DNA of 64,000 nucleotides from an uncultured Bacteroidia bacterium (GTDB lineage Bacteria; Bacteroidota; Bacteroidia; J057; JADKCL01). The first letter of the stretch is position 1, and the number at the start of each line of letters is the position of its first letter. Of the stretch, positions 54,629-64,000 are shown in pieces. The stretch lies in the NCBI GenBank assembly GCA_964352215.1, contig CAYGRE010000016.1:419-64418 (forward strand). The letters run 5' to 3'. Under the pieces are notes generated by a model. That model did no database searches. It was not told the DNA's origin and worked only from the letters and a program-made list of their open reading frames with translations. The position numbers were made by a program, and so were the translations under genes.

Positions 54629-57600
54629 ATGCGGTTTTTTAGAATTTGGATGGGTTCACGAATCAAGTCTTTCTTTTTGAACAAAAGGATAATTCCTCTT
54701 GCGATATTTTTCACAAGTATCCTTTTGACCTTCAGTAGACAATACGGCTTTTCACAAACTCAGACTTTTGCCTGGGAATACAGCTTCGGAGATGCCCAAT
54801 CCCAGGAAGCAACAGCAGTTGCCTATGATCCTTCTACCAGTACGGTTGTATCCGGGGGTATATTTCAAGGAAACATTATTATTGGAGATACGAATTTCAC
54901 ATCTCCAGCCGTCGACAATATATGGCTCTCCAAAATGGATGCGGCTGGCAACGTTCTGTGGGCATTGAATGCCCCCTCCGCTTCTAATGACAAGATCAGT
55001 GACATTGCCCTCGATGACTTTGGTAATATTTTCATCATTGGAAGTTATACCACCACGACCATCTTCACAGGAACATTGGGCTCTACATTTAGCCTCACCT
55101 CCCAAGGGGCAGAAGATATCTTTGTTGTCAAGTTCAATGCAGCGGGAGAAATACAATGGGCTGAATCCTTCGGAGGTACCGGTCAGGATTTTGGTGGTGG
55201 GATTACAACGCAAATGGGCAATGACAATGTGTTTATAACCGGTAGCTTTTCAGGAGCAGCAACCTTTCAAAGTCCTCCCATACTCAACTCTTCAGGAGTG
55301 AAAGATGCCTTCATCATGGCCCTTCACAGAGTCACAGCGTTAAAAACGTGGATTCGACAAGGAGCCTGTGCTGAGGATGCGGAAGGTATCGACATTACAG
55401 CAGATGGATCTGGAATATATGCCACAGGAAACTACTTCGGCAATTCGCCCCTTTCCTTTGACAATTTCGGGTCCAGCCTCTCCAATTTAGGGGTAGGAGG
55501 CGAAAACATGTTCGTAGTTAAATATACACTTAATGGGGTCGGTGTCTGGCAACGCTATGCTGGCAATGGCTCCGGATTTGTAAATTCTTATGGTGTCAGC
55601 ACATCTGGTGGCACCACCGTTTATGTTACGGGTACTTTCGACGGCTTTACTACTTTCAGCACCACTTTTGCCTTTGTAAGTGCCAATTCCAGCGGGCTGC
55701 TGGATGTATTTTTGGTTGGGTATGACCGAAATACCGGACAAGTTTTAAATCTGGATGGTTTTGGAGGTCCGGGAAATGATATTGGCACCAGTTTATCCTT
55801 GTCTTCCAGCAATGACATATTCCTTTCCGCCACCTACGATGATACCATGTTCGTAGGTACAGATACCCTGGTCCCAACTGCCACAGATGCCATGGTAGCC
55901 AGCTTTAATCAAACTGGTGCCGCTTTTCAGTGGAGTCTTCCCATAACCGGGAACAGCAATCAATCCGCCGTGGATATAAGTGCTCCTAATGGTCTAATAT
56001 TCATTGCCGGATTTTTGGAAGATGTTTCCAGTTTCAATCCCTATACCTCCTCTTATTTTGGGTTGAGGGATGCCTTCGTTGCCCGTATTGGCTGTCCGTC
56101 ACGCCTCTCCCCCAACCTGCTCGATTCACTTGCTGGAGCTGACACCACCGTATGCATCAACAACTCCATTGTCCTCGCAGCTGATACACTCCCCCCTTTC
56201 ACCGGCCAATGGAATATTCTGGCAGGTAGCGGGTCCCTTTCCTCCAACGCTGACCCAGACGCTGTTCTTACCCCAAATGCCAGCGGAACCATCGAATTGG
56301 AATGGGAGCTTGCCAGTGGAAGTTGCATCATTCGAGATACCGTGCTGGTTTCAGTTCCGGCTACCTTCACCCCTGAAGCTGGTCCTGACACCGTAATCTG
56401 CGATACATTTTATACCATGATCGCGACTGACCCAAGTCCAAATACCGGAACCTGGAACCTCATATCCGGATCAGGAAATATTGCCAGTCCCAGCCAGTTC
56501 AATTCTCCTGTCAATGGGCTTGCTCCTGGTACAAATGTATTTGAATGGGAAGTAAATGATGGTAGTTGCACTTTGCAAGATACGGTTACGATAACAGTGG
56601 CTCTTACCCCTATCCAAAATGCTAATGCCGGGGGAAACATAGCTGTTTGTGGTGATACCATAACGCTGGCAGGAAACAATCCCCTGCCGAATACAGGAAC
56701 ATGGGCCATTGTCTCCGGAGGAGGAACCTTTTCAAATATCAATGACAGCAATGCGTTTGTATCAAACCTCAACAATGGAATTAACGAATTCAGCTGGACC
56801 ATTTCCAATGGCACCTGCTCCACTTCGGATACGTTAGTCGTTGTCTCAGATGCTCCGATTTTTGCCAACGCCGGAATTGACAGTTCTATCTGCTCGACCA
56901 CCATTCCATTGTCAGGAAACGCCCCGATCTTCAGTTCCGGTGGCTGGGAAGTTGCATCGGGAGGTGGAACCATCGTTTCCCCATTTCTGCCCTTTACAAA
57001 TGCGGTGAACATGACCAGTGGAACCAATGAATTTGCCTGGATTCTCATAAGGGGAGCATGCTCAGATACCGATACCGTTACCATCACTGTATTCAGTCCT
57101 CCTACACCCGCCAATGCTGGCTTGGATCAAAGTCTTTGCAATGATACCATCACCACTCTCTCAGGCAACTCTCCGGTGACCGGAACTGGAACGTGGTCAT
57201 TGATCAGCGGACCTGCCAATATCGTTTCTCCTGGCAACCCAGCTTCCAATGTAAACGGATTACAAACCGGAACGGCTACCTTCGAATGGGAAATTGCCAA
57301 CGGAATTTGCCCGGTCAGCCGTGATACCGTTGGCATAAGTGTCACCCTCGAAATACCTTCTAATGCAGGGCCTGACCAAGCTCTCTGTGATACCCTTGCC
57401 ACGACCCTGGCTGGTTCTCCCACAGGTACAGGTACCGGAACCTGGACCGTGGTAGCTGGAACCGGAAACTTTGCCAATGCGAATAGTCCCGGCAGCGATG
57501 TTGGCGGGCTGGCTCCCGGATTGAATCAATTGGTTTGGACCATTGTCAATGGCCCCTGTATTACCACAGACACTGTGGATATAAATGTGACCATTTTTTC

Positions 57601-60094
57601 CTCCACGGTAAATGCAGGACCGGACCAGTTCTTGTGTGATACGCAGACGGTCTTCCTTGCAGCCGTGAATCCTGCACCGGGGACAGGTGCCTGGTCTGTT
57701 ATCGCGGGAACACCTCCCACATTCTCCTCTTTGGCGAATCCTAATGCAACCCTTTCCAACACCAGTTTTGGGGTAACCAACCTACAGTGGACGGTCATCG
57801 AAGGAGCCTGCTCATACCAAGACACTGTTGCGATCGATATTGCCAATCCCCCTCCTCCAGCCAATGCCGGCCCCGATCAAAGTCTTTGTGACACCGTCGC
57901 CACTACTTTGGCAGGATCTGATACCACCGGCGTCATAGGTACCTGGACCCTTCTTAACGGAACGGGGGCATTCGCCAATTCCGGGGACTCCAATACCGTC
58001 GTTTCCGGCTTAGCTCCTAACCTCAATCAATTCGTCTGGACAACCACGGCTGGTCCATGCACGACAACAGATACGGTAGATATAAATGTGACCATTTCCT
58101 CCGTCATCCCCAATGCAGGTCCAGACCAGGAACTTTGCGGAATACAAGCTGCCACCATGGCCGCCAATGACCCATCTCCTGCCACTGGAATATGGACCGC
58201 CCCCTCCGGTAGCCCAAGTATTTCCTCAGCTACGGACTCCAGTGCAACCGTCAGCAATTTGCAATTAGGGACAAATTCATTGGTATGGACCATTACCGAA
58301 GGAGCATGTGTTTACGCTGATACCGTCAATCTCAACATTACCCAACTTCCTCCTGTTCCCCATGCCGGGACCGACCAGGCACTCTGCGATACCTTTAGCA
58401 CCAATCTGGATGGCTCTGACCCCATGTGGGCAAGTGGAGCCTGGACTGTTTTATCTGGGACTGGAACGGTTGCCAATGCCAACGACTCCGCCACAACCAT
58501 CAATGTACTTTCATCAGGCAGCAATCTTATCACCTGGACAACTACCAATGGCAATTGTGAGCTCATTGATACCTTAGAAATTTTCGTTACCATTCCCTCT
58601 GTACTCCCCGATGCAGGACCAGACCAGTCCATCTGCCTTGGAGACACGGCATTTATCAGTGGCAATACACCACCCGCAATCGGTACTGGAAATTGGAGTT
58701 TGCCCAGCAGCCTGGGCTCGATTGACGACCCGAATGCCCTCAATACCTTTATTATAAACTTCCCACTGGGGGTGCAACCCGTGGTTTGGTTATTCACAGA
58801 AAATGTATGTGTGAGAACAGATACCTCCTTTATTACTGTACTCCCCATCCCAACACCAGTTGCAGGTCAGGATCAGTTTATCTGCGACACTACGAGCACA
58901 AGCCTGGAAGGGCTCGCGTTTGGCAACGGCACAGGTACCTGGAGTGTTCTCAATGGTCCGGCAACCCTCAGCAACCCAGCTGACTCCAACGCCGTCCTGA
59001 CCAATCTGGTGATAGGGACAGCCACCCTGGTCTGGAATGTCGACAACGGGTCATGTGATGCATCCGATACGGTTGACATCACCGTCATCGATCCTCCCAG
59101 CAATGCCAATGCCGGAACCGACCAGTCCATTTGTGACCTCCCAACCTCTACCCTGAATGCCCAGTCCCCGGTGATCGGAACCGGTAGCTGGACCTCGCTT
59201 GGTCCGGCCAATGTTGACAATCCTAACGATCCCAATTCAACCATCACCGGACTGCAAACCGGAACCAATACCTTTGTTTGGACGGTATCCCTGAATCTGT
59301 GTCAGGATCGTACCGATACGGTTGACCTCAGTGTCACCCTGCCTCCTGTGGTAGATGCTGGGCAAGACGACATTATATGCGAAGGAGATAGCACCGTGCT
59401 CAATGGGCTGCCCTTCTCGGGCCTTGGCCTGTGGTCCGACCTTTCCGGTAACGCCAACTTCTCACATCCAGACTCGAACATTACTGAAGTAACCAATCTG
59501 TCTCCCGGGGCAAATGGATTTGTATTAACGGTCATCGATGGCCCATGTGTAGTGGAAGATACTGCCTACATTCAAGTGGATTTGTTGCCCACAACTGCCG
59601 ATGCAGGTGATGACCGGGATGTCCCAAATGATTTCACCAACCTGGAAGGCAATACGCCAGTCGTAGGTACCGGTATCTGGACTATACTCTCCGGGGATGG
59701 AATTATTGCAGATCAAACCTCTGCTACCAGTGAAGTGACCAACATGAACCTGGGGGAAAACATCTTTGTCTGGACCATTGCCAATGGGACATGCCCTTCC
59801 AATGCTGACTCTGTAAGAATACAGGTCCTAGATCTACTCATCCCAACCGGCTTTTCACCTAACGGAGACGGCACCAATGATACTTGGGTAATCAGGGGCG
59901 GTCAAAACTTTGGGAATGTCGAAGTCCAGGTATTCAACCGTTGGGGAAACATTGTCTTCCAGACGAAAAACTACAACAACGATTGGCAAGGCAGAGCAGA
60001 AAATGGTTCTGAGCTTGCAGACGATACCTACTACTATATCGTCAACCTGGGTGACGGAACCACCTCCAATGGATATGTAGTCATCAAGAGATAA
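54629..60094 (+). CDS. Giant surface protein: N-terminal beta-propeller-like repeats, 15 tandem ~83-aa Ig-like repeats, and a type-B T9SS (gliding-motility/CHU_C) C-terminal domain
   Basis: 1821 aa. The C-terminus IPTGFSPNGDGTNDTWVI.....VEVQVFNRWGNIVFQTKNYNNDWQG......LADDTYYYIV is the type-B sorting domain signature. An alternative start lies at the second Met (MGSRIK). Confidence 0.9.
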   Translation: MRFFRIWMGSRIKSFFLNKRIIPLAIFFTSILLTFSRQYGFSQTQTFAWEYSFGDAQSQEATAVAYDPSTSTVVSGGIFQGNIIIGDTNFTSPAVDNIWLSKMDAAGNVLWALNAPSASNDKISDIALDDFGNIFIIGSYTTTTIFTGTLGSTFSLTSQGAEDIFVVKFNAAGEIQWAESFGGTGQDFGGGITTQMGNDNVFITGSFSGAATFQSPPILNSSGVKDAFIMALHRVTALKTWIRQGACAEDAEGIDITADGSGIYATGNYFGNSPLSFDNFGSSLSNLGVGGENMFVVKYTLNGVGVWQRYAGNGSGFVNSYGVSTSGGTTVYVTGTFDGFTTFSTTFAFVSANSSGLLDVFLVGYDRNTGQVLNLDGFGGPGNDIGTSLSLSSSNDIFLSATYDDTMFVGTDTLVPTATDAMVASFNQTGAAFQWSLPITGNSNQSAVDISAPNGLIFIAGFLEDVSSFNPYTSSYFGLRDAFVARIGCPSRLSPNLLDSLAGADTTVCINNSIVLAADTLPPFTGQWNILAGSGSLSSNADPDAVLTPNASGTIELEWELASGSCIIRDTVLVSVPATFTPEAGPDTVICDTFYTMIATDPSPNTGTWNLISGSGNIASPSQFNSPVNGLAPGTNVFEWEVNDGSCTLQDTVTITVALTPIQNANAGGNIAVCGDTITLAGNNPLPNTGTWAIVSGGGTFSNINDSNAFVSNLNNGINEFSWTISNGTCSTSDTLVVVSDAPIFANAGIDSSICSTTIPLSGNAPIFSSGGWEVASGGGTIVSPFLPFTNAVNMTSGTNEFAWILIRGACSDTDTVTITVFSPPTPANAGLDQSLCNDTITTLSGNSPVTGTGTWSLISGPANIVSPGNPASNVNGLQTGTATFEWEIANGICPVSRDTVGISVTLEIPSNAGPDQALCDTLATTLAGSPTGTGTGTWTVVAGTGNFANANSPGSDVGGLAPGLNQLVWTIVNGPCITTDTVDINVTIFSSTVNAGPDQFLCDTQTVFLAAVNPAPGTGAWSVIAGTPPTFSSLANPNATLSNTSFGVTNLQWTVIEGACSYQDTVAIDIANPPPPANAGPDQSLCDTVATTLAGSDTTGVIGTWTLLNGTGAFANSGDSNTVVSGLAPNLNQFVWTTTAGPCTTTDTVDINVTISSVIPNAGPDQELCGIQAATMAANDPSPATGIWTAPSGSPSISSATDSSATVSNLQLGTNSLVWTITEGACVYADTVNLNITQLPPVPHAGTDQALCDTFSTNLDGSDPMWASGAWTVLSGTGTVANANDSATTINVLSSGSNLITWTTTNGNCELIDTLEIFVTIPSVLPDAGPDQSICLGDTAFISGNTPPAIGTGNWSLPSSLGSIDDPNALNTFIINFPLGVQPVVWLFTENVCVRTDTSFITVLPIPTPVAGQDQFICDTTSTSLEGLAFGNGTGTWSVLNGPATLSNPADSNAVLTNLVIGTATLVWNVDNGSCDASDTVDITVIDPPSNANAGTDQSICDLPTSTLNAQSPVIGTGSWTSLGPANVDNPNDPNSTITGLQTGTNTFVWTVSLNLCQDRTDTVDLSVTLPPVVDAGQDDIICEGDSTVLNGLPFSGLGLWSDLSGNANFSHPDSNITEVTNLSPGANGFVLTVIDGPCVVEDTAYIQVDLLPTTADAGDDRDVPNDFTNLEGNTPVVGTGIWTILSGDGIIADQTSATSEVTNMNLGENIFVWTIANGTCPSNADSVRIQVLDLLIPTGFSPNGDGTNDTWVIRGGQNFGNVEVQVFNRWGNIVFQTKNYNNDWQGRAENGSELADDTYYYIVNLGDGTTSNGYVVIKR
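56134..59832 (+). repeat. 15 tandem coding repeats of ~249 bp (~83 aa) inside the giant surface protein
   Basis: Each unit follows the pattern AG.DQ.(I/L)C....(T/L).L.G.....G.G.W....G.G.......P...V..L..G.N...W....G.C...DTV.I.V, with two conserved Cys. Counted by eye from GADTTVCINN to SVRIQVLD. Confidence 0.85.
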
Positions 60095-60150
60095 AAAAAG
60101 AGGCTGCCTCCGAAAAGACAGCCCCCCTGTATACTTCTTTCAACAAAATC

Positions 60151-61092
60151 TTATTGTCTCTTCATCCAACGAATTTTGGCACGTTCTGCATCGTCATTGC
60201 TGATACCGATTTTTCCGGCCATTGAGAAGAGTTCATCGCGGGCGATGTCTTCGCTCAGGTATCCTTCCAGAACATTGATCTTTCCGAGTTTTTCCAATTC
60301 AGTGGCCCGGTCAGAAGCAATACCGAAAATATCACGGTAGCGGTTCAACAATGCAACTTCAGAATCATCTACATCCATATCGATGGCAGAAATGCTCCAC
60401 GCCAGCATGTAAATGGTTTCTCGGACCCCGGCATCAATTTCTTCTGCCTCGATGGAAGAAACAGTATCCTTGGCATTCAACTCGGCAATGGTACCCAAAG
60501 AAGATGGAATCGAATCCTTAAAGAATTCTAACTCCTCACTTGCCAACTCACCATCAGCATAGGCAATCTTGGCCAGCATACGTGCCAAAACATCTTTCTC
60601 AAAACCTGTTCTTACCGGGTGGTCCTGCAATTGTTGCATAAATTCAGAAACGACAACTTCTGGAGTGGCGTCAGCCACCGCTGCAGATGGCTTCCGCCAT
60701 CCATTGTCATAACGGAAATTGCGGGAAACCTTTTTGAAGGCCTCTACCACTGCTGCCTGCTTCTCACTTTTTGAAACAGAATTTTGCAGATTTCTCGTCG
60801 ATTCGCGGCTGGCAGTATTGACCGTCTGGGAAGCAGTTCGGCCCAGAAATCCACTGCCAAATACATTTCGTAGCAGGCGGGAAGCAGTTCGGCGAACTTC
60901 ATTGGAAAGATTCCGGGTTAAGCTCTGCTTGACATTGCTGGTAAGTGTCCGCTCCTTTCTGATGGATGCGGTGGACTCAAAGACCTCATCTGAGCCTGGA
61001 AGGGCAAACTGGCAATGAACCTGCCTGCCATCCACGTCCTCAGACACGATCAAGGGTTGGATTAAATCATACGTAATTTCTGGATTCGCCAT
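60151..61092 (-). CDS. Hypothetical protein with a C-terminal TerB-like (tellurite-resistance/DjlA N-terminal type) domain
   Basis: 313 aa. VLARMLAKIAYADGELASEELEFF and a second half, YMLAWSISAIDMDVDDSEVALLNRY, resemble the paired-helix TerB fold. Confidence 0.55.
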   Translation of the reverse strand: MANPEITYDLIQPLIVSEDVDGRQVHCQFALPGSDEVFESTASIRKERTLTSNVKQSLTRNLSNEVRRTASRLLRNVFGSGFLGRTASQTVNTASRESTRNLQNSVSKSEKQAAVVEAFKKVSRNFRYDNGWRKPSAAVADATPEVVVSEFMQQLQDHPVRTGFEKDVLARMLAKIAYADGELASEELEFFKDSIPSSLGTIAELNAKDTVSSIEAEEIDAGVRETIYMLAWSISAIDMDVDDSEVALLNRYRDIFGIASDRATELEKLGKINVLEGYLSEDIARDELFSMAGKIGISNDDAERAKIRWMKRQ

Positions 61093-61286
61093 ATTGGGTT
61101 TTTTAATATTCTTCAGATGTGTGACTAATAATACCGAAATAAGCCCGAAATCGGAACAAAATCAACCATTCCGGTCATTTCCTTACCTCATCCCAACCTA
61201 AGCCCTCTAATTCTCGTTTCATACTAAACATCTTTACTCCTGCCCCTCGAAAATTCTTGCCTGTATGACAATTAAAATGAAGGGAC

Positions 61287-61787
61287 ATGAAAACAGAAAA
61301 GAAAAATGAGAAAGAGTTCTTGCAAAGTTCACCACTCAGTAAATCAACGCTCAGTAATTTCCTGGCACGCCGCAGCCCATTTGGAGGTCTGTCCGTACGT
61401 GCTACCCTCATATTGGGAACGCTGGTCTCCGGTTTTATCCTGATTACTTCCTTGTTGGGGTTTTTCTTTTTTTGCCATAGCTATTGGCTGTTGTGGTTCA
61501 GCACCGCATCTTTTGCTACCGTTTGCTGGACCGTTTGGATCGAATTTGCCCCCAGAACCCTCAAAGAAAGATTGGAGTGCCGACCATTCAAAGGCATCCG
61601 GTTCAATGGTGCATTCGGCGCAGGTTTCAATCTGATTTTGCTGTTTTTGGGTGTTTGGTACTTAAAGGGATCGCTTCCTTATGCACCCGAAGATCAAACC
61701 ATTGTTATAGCCCTGTTGATCTCAATGGCTCTTTTCTATCCCCTTACCGTCTGGGCCTCTGGAAAAAGGACCTATCCAAAAGGATAA
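61287..61787 (+). CDS. Hypothetical integral membrane protein
   Basis: 166 aa with about four hydrophobic segments. The start is uncertain. The overlapping ORF 61484-62020 was judged less likely. Confidence 0.4.
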   Translation: MKTEKKNEKEFLQSSPLSKSTLSNFLARRSPFGGLSVRATLILGTLVSGFILITSLLGFFFFCHSYWLLWFSTASFATVCWTVWIEFAPRTLKERLECRPFKGIRFNGAFGAGFNLILLFLGVWYLKGSLPYAPEDQTIVIALLISMALFYPLTVWASGKRTYPKG

Positions 61788-61811
61788 TATTTTCATTATC
61801 TTGGCTCCCTA

Positions 61812-62822
61812 ATGAAGAAAAAGTATGTTTGGTTAGGGATCATCATGGCAATTGTACTCACCTTTATATTAGGACCGAAACCCTCTTACCCCGCTATGGA
61901 TCCAGAGCTCAAGCCCTTGGATTTGAAAACTGCCGATTTGGAAGCCCATATTACAGAGTTGAACAATGCGGTGGAGAAGCTCAAACCAGACAATGGAGGA
62001 CGGATCATCTGGGCCAATGACAGTGTCCCGGAGCAAACGGAGTATTCAGTCCTGTTCTTGCATGGTTTTTCGGCCAGTCCCCGGGAAGGCTATCCTATGG
62101 TTCCTGAGTTTGCTTCCAGATATGGATTCAATGCTTATATGCCTTTGCTGGCAGGCCATGGGATCGATTCGGAGGACTCATTTCTAAAAATAACCCCGGC
62201 TGACCTGGTCTCATCAGCCAGAGATGCACTTGCCCTCAACCAAGTGCTCGGAAAGAAAACCATTGTCATCGGGTCTTCCACCGGCTGTACCCTGGCCATT
62301 TACCTGGCTGCTAAAAACCCTGAGTCCATCCATGGCATGTATCTCTTCGCTCCCAATATCGATCTCGCCGACAAAACATCTAACTTCCTGCTCTATCCCT
62401 GGGGATTGCAAATGGGCCGTTGGGTGATTGGCAAGAGAAGAACTATTGCGGAATGGGTCGATACGGAATCAGCAGATTTCTGGACTACGACTTACCGCAC
62501 CGAGGGAGTTGTGGCCTTAAAATACCTGCTCAACCAAACCATGACCGATGACGTCTTTGCATTGGTCAAGCAGCCGTTTTATGCCAGTTATTTCTACAAG
62601 AACGAGGAAGAAAAAGATGGAGTGATCTCGATTCCGGATGTACAACGCTTTTTTGACAACACAGGCACTCCTGCGGAAAAGAAAAAACTGGTCCCAAACG
62701 CTGAGGCAAATGCGCATGTGATGACCTGTGATCTTCGCGTCACCCCGGAGGTGATGAACTCAGTTCTGGGAGAGATGTACGAATTTGGGGAACAAGTGAT
62801 CGGGCTCAAGCCCACCAAATAA
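61812..62822 (+). CDS. Alpha/beta hydrolase (esterase/lipase-like), exported
   Basis: 336 aa. N-terminal TM/signal segment, LFLHGFSASP, nucleophile elbow GSSTGC, late NAHV (His). Confidence 0.8.
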   Translation: MKKKYVWLGIIMAIVLTFILGPKPSYPAMDPELKPLDLKTADLEAHITELNNAVEKLKPDNGGRIIWANDSVPEQTEYSVLFLHGFSASPREGYPMVPEFASRYGFNAYMPLLAGHGIDSEDSFLKITPADLVSSARDALALNQVLGKKTIVIGSSTGCTLAIYLAAKNPESIHGMYLFAPNIDLADKTSNFLLYPWGLQMGRWVIGKRRTIAEWVDTESADFWTTTYRTEGVVALKYLLNQTMTDDVFALVKQPFYASYFYKNEEEKDGVISIPDVQRFFDNTGTPAEKKKLVPNAEANAHVMTCDLRVTPEVMNSVLGEMYEFGEQVIGLKPTK

Positions 62823-63039
62823 CTTCTCGATTCCTCGGGGAGTCAACCTTTTGGCATCCCATTCCTCCCATCCCCTTCCCTCCTATTTTCCTGTCATTCC
62901 CTTGGAAAATGCTCCCCTTCACAGAATACGGACTGTTTCGACGAAAGATAATAGCCTGCCCAACATCTTAATGGGTATACAATTCAAATATCCAAAACCT
63001 AAAAGCTCATTCCGCAGAAAGAAGCTCACGTATACTAAA

Positions 63040-63064
63040 AGTCACCCTCTGGGGTGGCTTTTTC
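63040..63064 (+). terminator. Orphan rho-independent terminator
   Basis: AGTCACCC-TCTG-GGGTGGCT followed by TTTTTC. It lies 218 nt downstream of the hydrolase stop and 209 nt upstream of asnB. Confidence 0.5.
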
Positions 63065-63272
63065 TCATTAGCATCCATACCCTGGCCTCCAACACTCCCC
63101 GATAATAACAATCTCTAATAAATGGGCACCCAAAATCAACAATCTATCACCCAATCGGATATATTTATGATATTTACTTAATAAAAGTGCCACAACTATT
63201 TGAATCATTAACTTTTTGCCCTATAATTGCATCAGATCATTAGTTATTCAACACATTTACTAACAAATTATC

Positions 63273-64000
63273 ATGTGCGGTATAGTTGCAGTATTCGGAG
63301 AGGAATTGGACCAAGGGTCCATACGCGGGCAGGTCTTGGAAATGTCGCGTAAGATTCGCCATCGCGGTCCCGACTGGTCCGGCATTTTTGCCAGCGACCG
63401 TGCCATCCTGTCCCACGAACGTCTCGCTATCGTTGATCCGGCTTCGGGCCGTCAACCCCTCTTTTCACCAGACAAAGCAGTCGTCCTCGCCGTCAATGGC
63501 GAGATATACAACCACCGGGAAATCCGGGAGCGCTATAACCCAGGCTATGCCTTTCAAACCAAAAGCGATTGTGAGGTCATCCTCGCCCTCTACCAGGACA
63601 AAGGCAGTGCCTTCCTCGAAGATCTTAACGGCATCTTTGCCTTTGCCCTCTATGACGTCGCGCAAGACCGCTATCTCATAGGACGCGACCACATGGGCAT
63701 CATTCCACTCTATATGGGATGGGATCAGGAGGGCCATTTCTATGTGGCTTCAGAATTGAAGGCACTGGAGGGCTTCTGTACCCGGATCGAAGAATTTCCC
63801 CCAGGCAGTTTCCTCGACAGTCAGGTCGGTGAGATCGAGAAGTGGTACCACCGGGACTGGATGGATTTCGAAGCGGTCAAGGACAAAGAAAGCAGCGTGC
63901 AAGAATTGAAAGATGCCCTTGAAGCTTCCGTTCACCGGCAGCTGATGTCCGATGTACCTTATGGCGTTCTGCTCTCCGGTGGCCTGGATTCCTCCATTAC
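63273..64000 (+). CDS. asnB: Asparagine synthase (glutamine-hydrolysing), N-terminal part; continues beyond the window
   Basis: Absent from the track because it is open at the edge. MCGIVAVFGEE.. (N-terminal nucleophile Cys2), HRGPDWSG, HERLAIVDP.SG.QPL, NGEIYNH, and SGGLDSS at the window end. Confidence 0.95.
   Translation, partial: MCGIVAVFGEELDQGSIRGQVLEMSRKIRHRGPDWSGIFASDRAILSHERLAIVDPASGRQPLFSPDKAVVLAVNGEIYNHREIRERYNPGYAFQTKSDCEVILALYQDKGSAFLEDLNGIFAFALYDVAQDRYLIGRDHMGIIPLYMGWDQEGHFYVASELKALEGFCTRIEEFPPGSFLDSQVGEIEKWYHRDWMDFEAVKDKESSVQELKDALEASVHRQLMSDVPYGVLLSGGLDSSI

Noticed and set aside
55487-59716. Numerous minus-strand ORFs of 60-234 aa (for example 56410-57114 and 58312-58848) inside the giant surface-protein gene.
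   Set aside because: They are antisense to a clearly coding 15-fold repeat. Their translations are low-complexity, and the stop-poor antisense frame is a consequence of the repeat's codon composition.

Overview
This 64-kb window looks like a chromosomal segment from a Bacteroidota genome. The evidence is four proteins with type-A T9SS C-terminal sorting domains, one with a type-B (gliding-motility/CHU_C) domain, TAnnTTTG-type -7 promoter elements, an extended ribosomal protein S16 and an ECF sigma/FecR pair. A Saprospirales- or Cytophagales-like organism is a guess only. Most genes are housekeeping: glpK (partial), rpsP-rimM, ribD, ispE, metF, asnB (partial), an aspartate-type aminotransferase, an acyl-CoA carboxyltransferase, proline dehydrogenase, an AddA-like/AddB-like helicase-nuclease pair, rimK and ABC components. 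Cell-surface and glycan genes are interspersed. I also found a small SRP (4.5S) RNA on the minus strand at about 42.2 kb, which the ORF track masks with a spurious ORF. I found no integrase, transposase, CRISPR-Cas, restriction-modification, reverse transcriptase or other recognisable defence or mobile system, and no tRNA or rRNA. No complete new system can be demonstrated from sequence alone. The leads most worth a second look are: (1) a strictly phased 21-22 bp tandem array of about 19 units next to a small HTH/coiled-coil gene (8.19-8.60 kb); (2) a tightly coupled ACP / KAS-III / polyprenyl-phosphate GT2 / GNAT operon (14.4-17.2 kb); (3) an ECF sigma gene with no canonical start codon, sitting behind an A6 tract; (4) a 1.15-kb ORF-free region with internal 22-bp-spaced repeats and an AT-rich core (22.4-23.6 kb); (5) a rimK / AstE-AspA-like deacylase operon; (6) an AddA-like helicase whose nuclease motif looks inactivated. 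All functional calls rest on motif recognition by eye. No searches were run.
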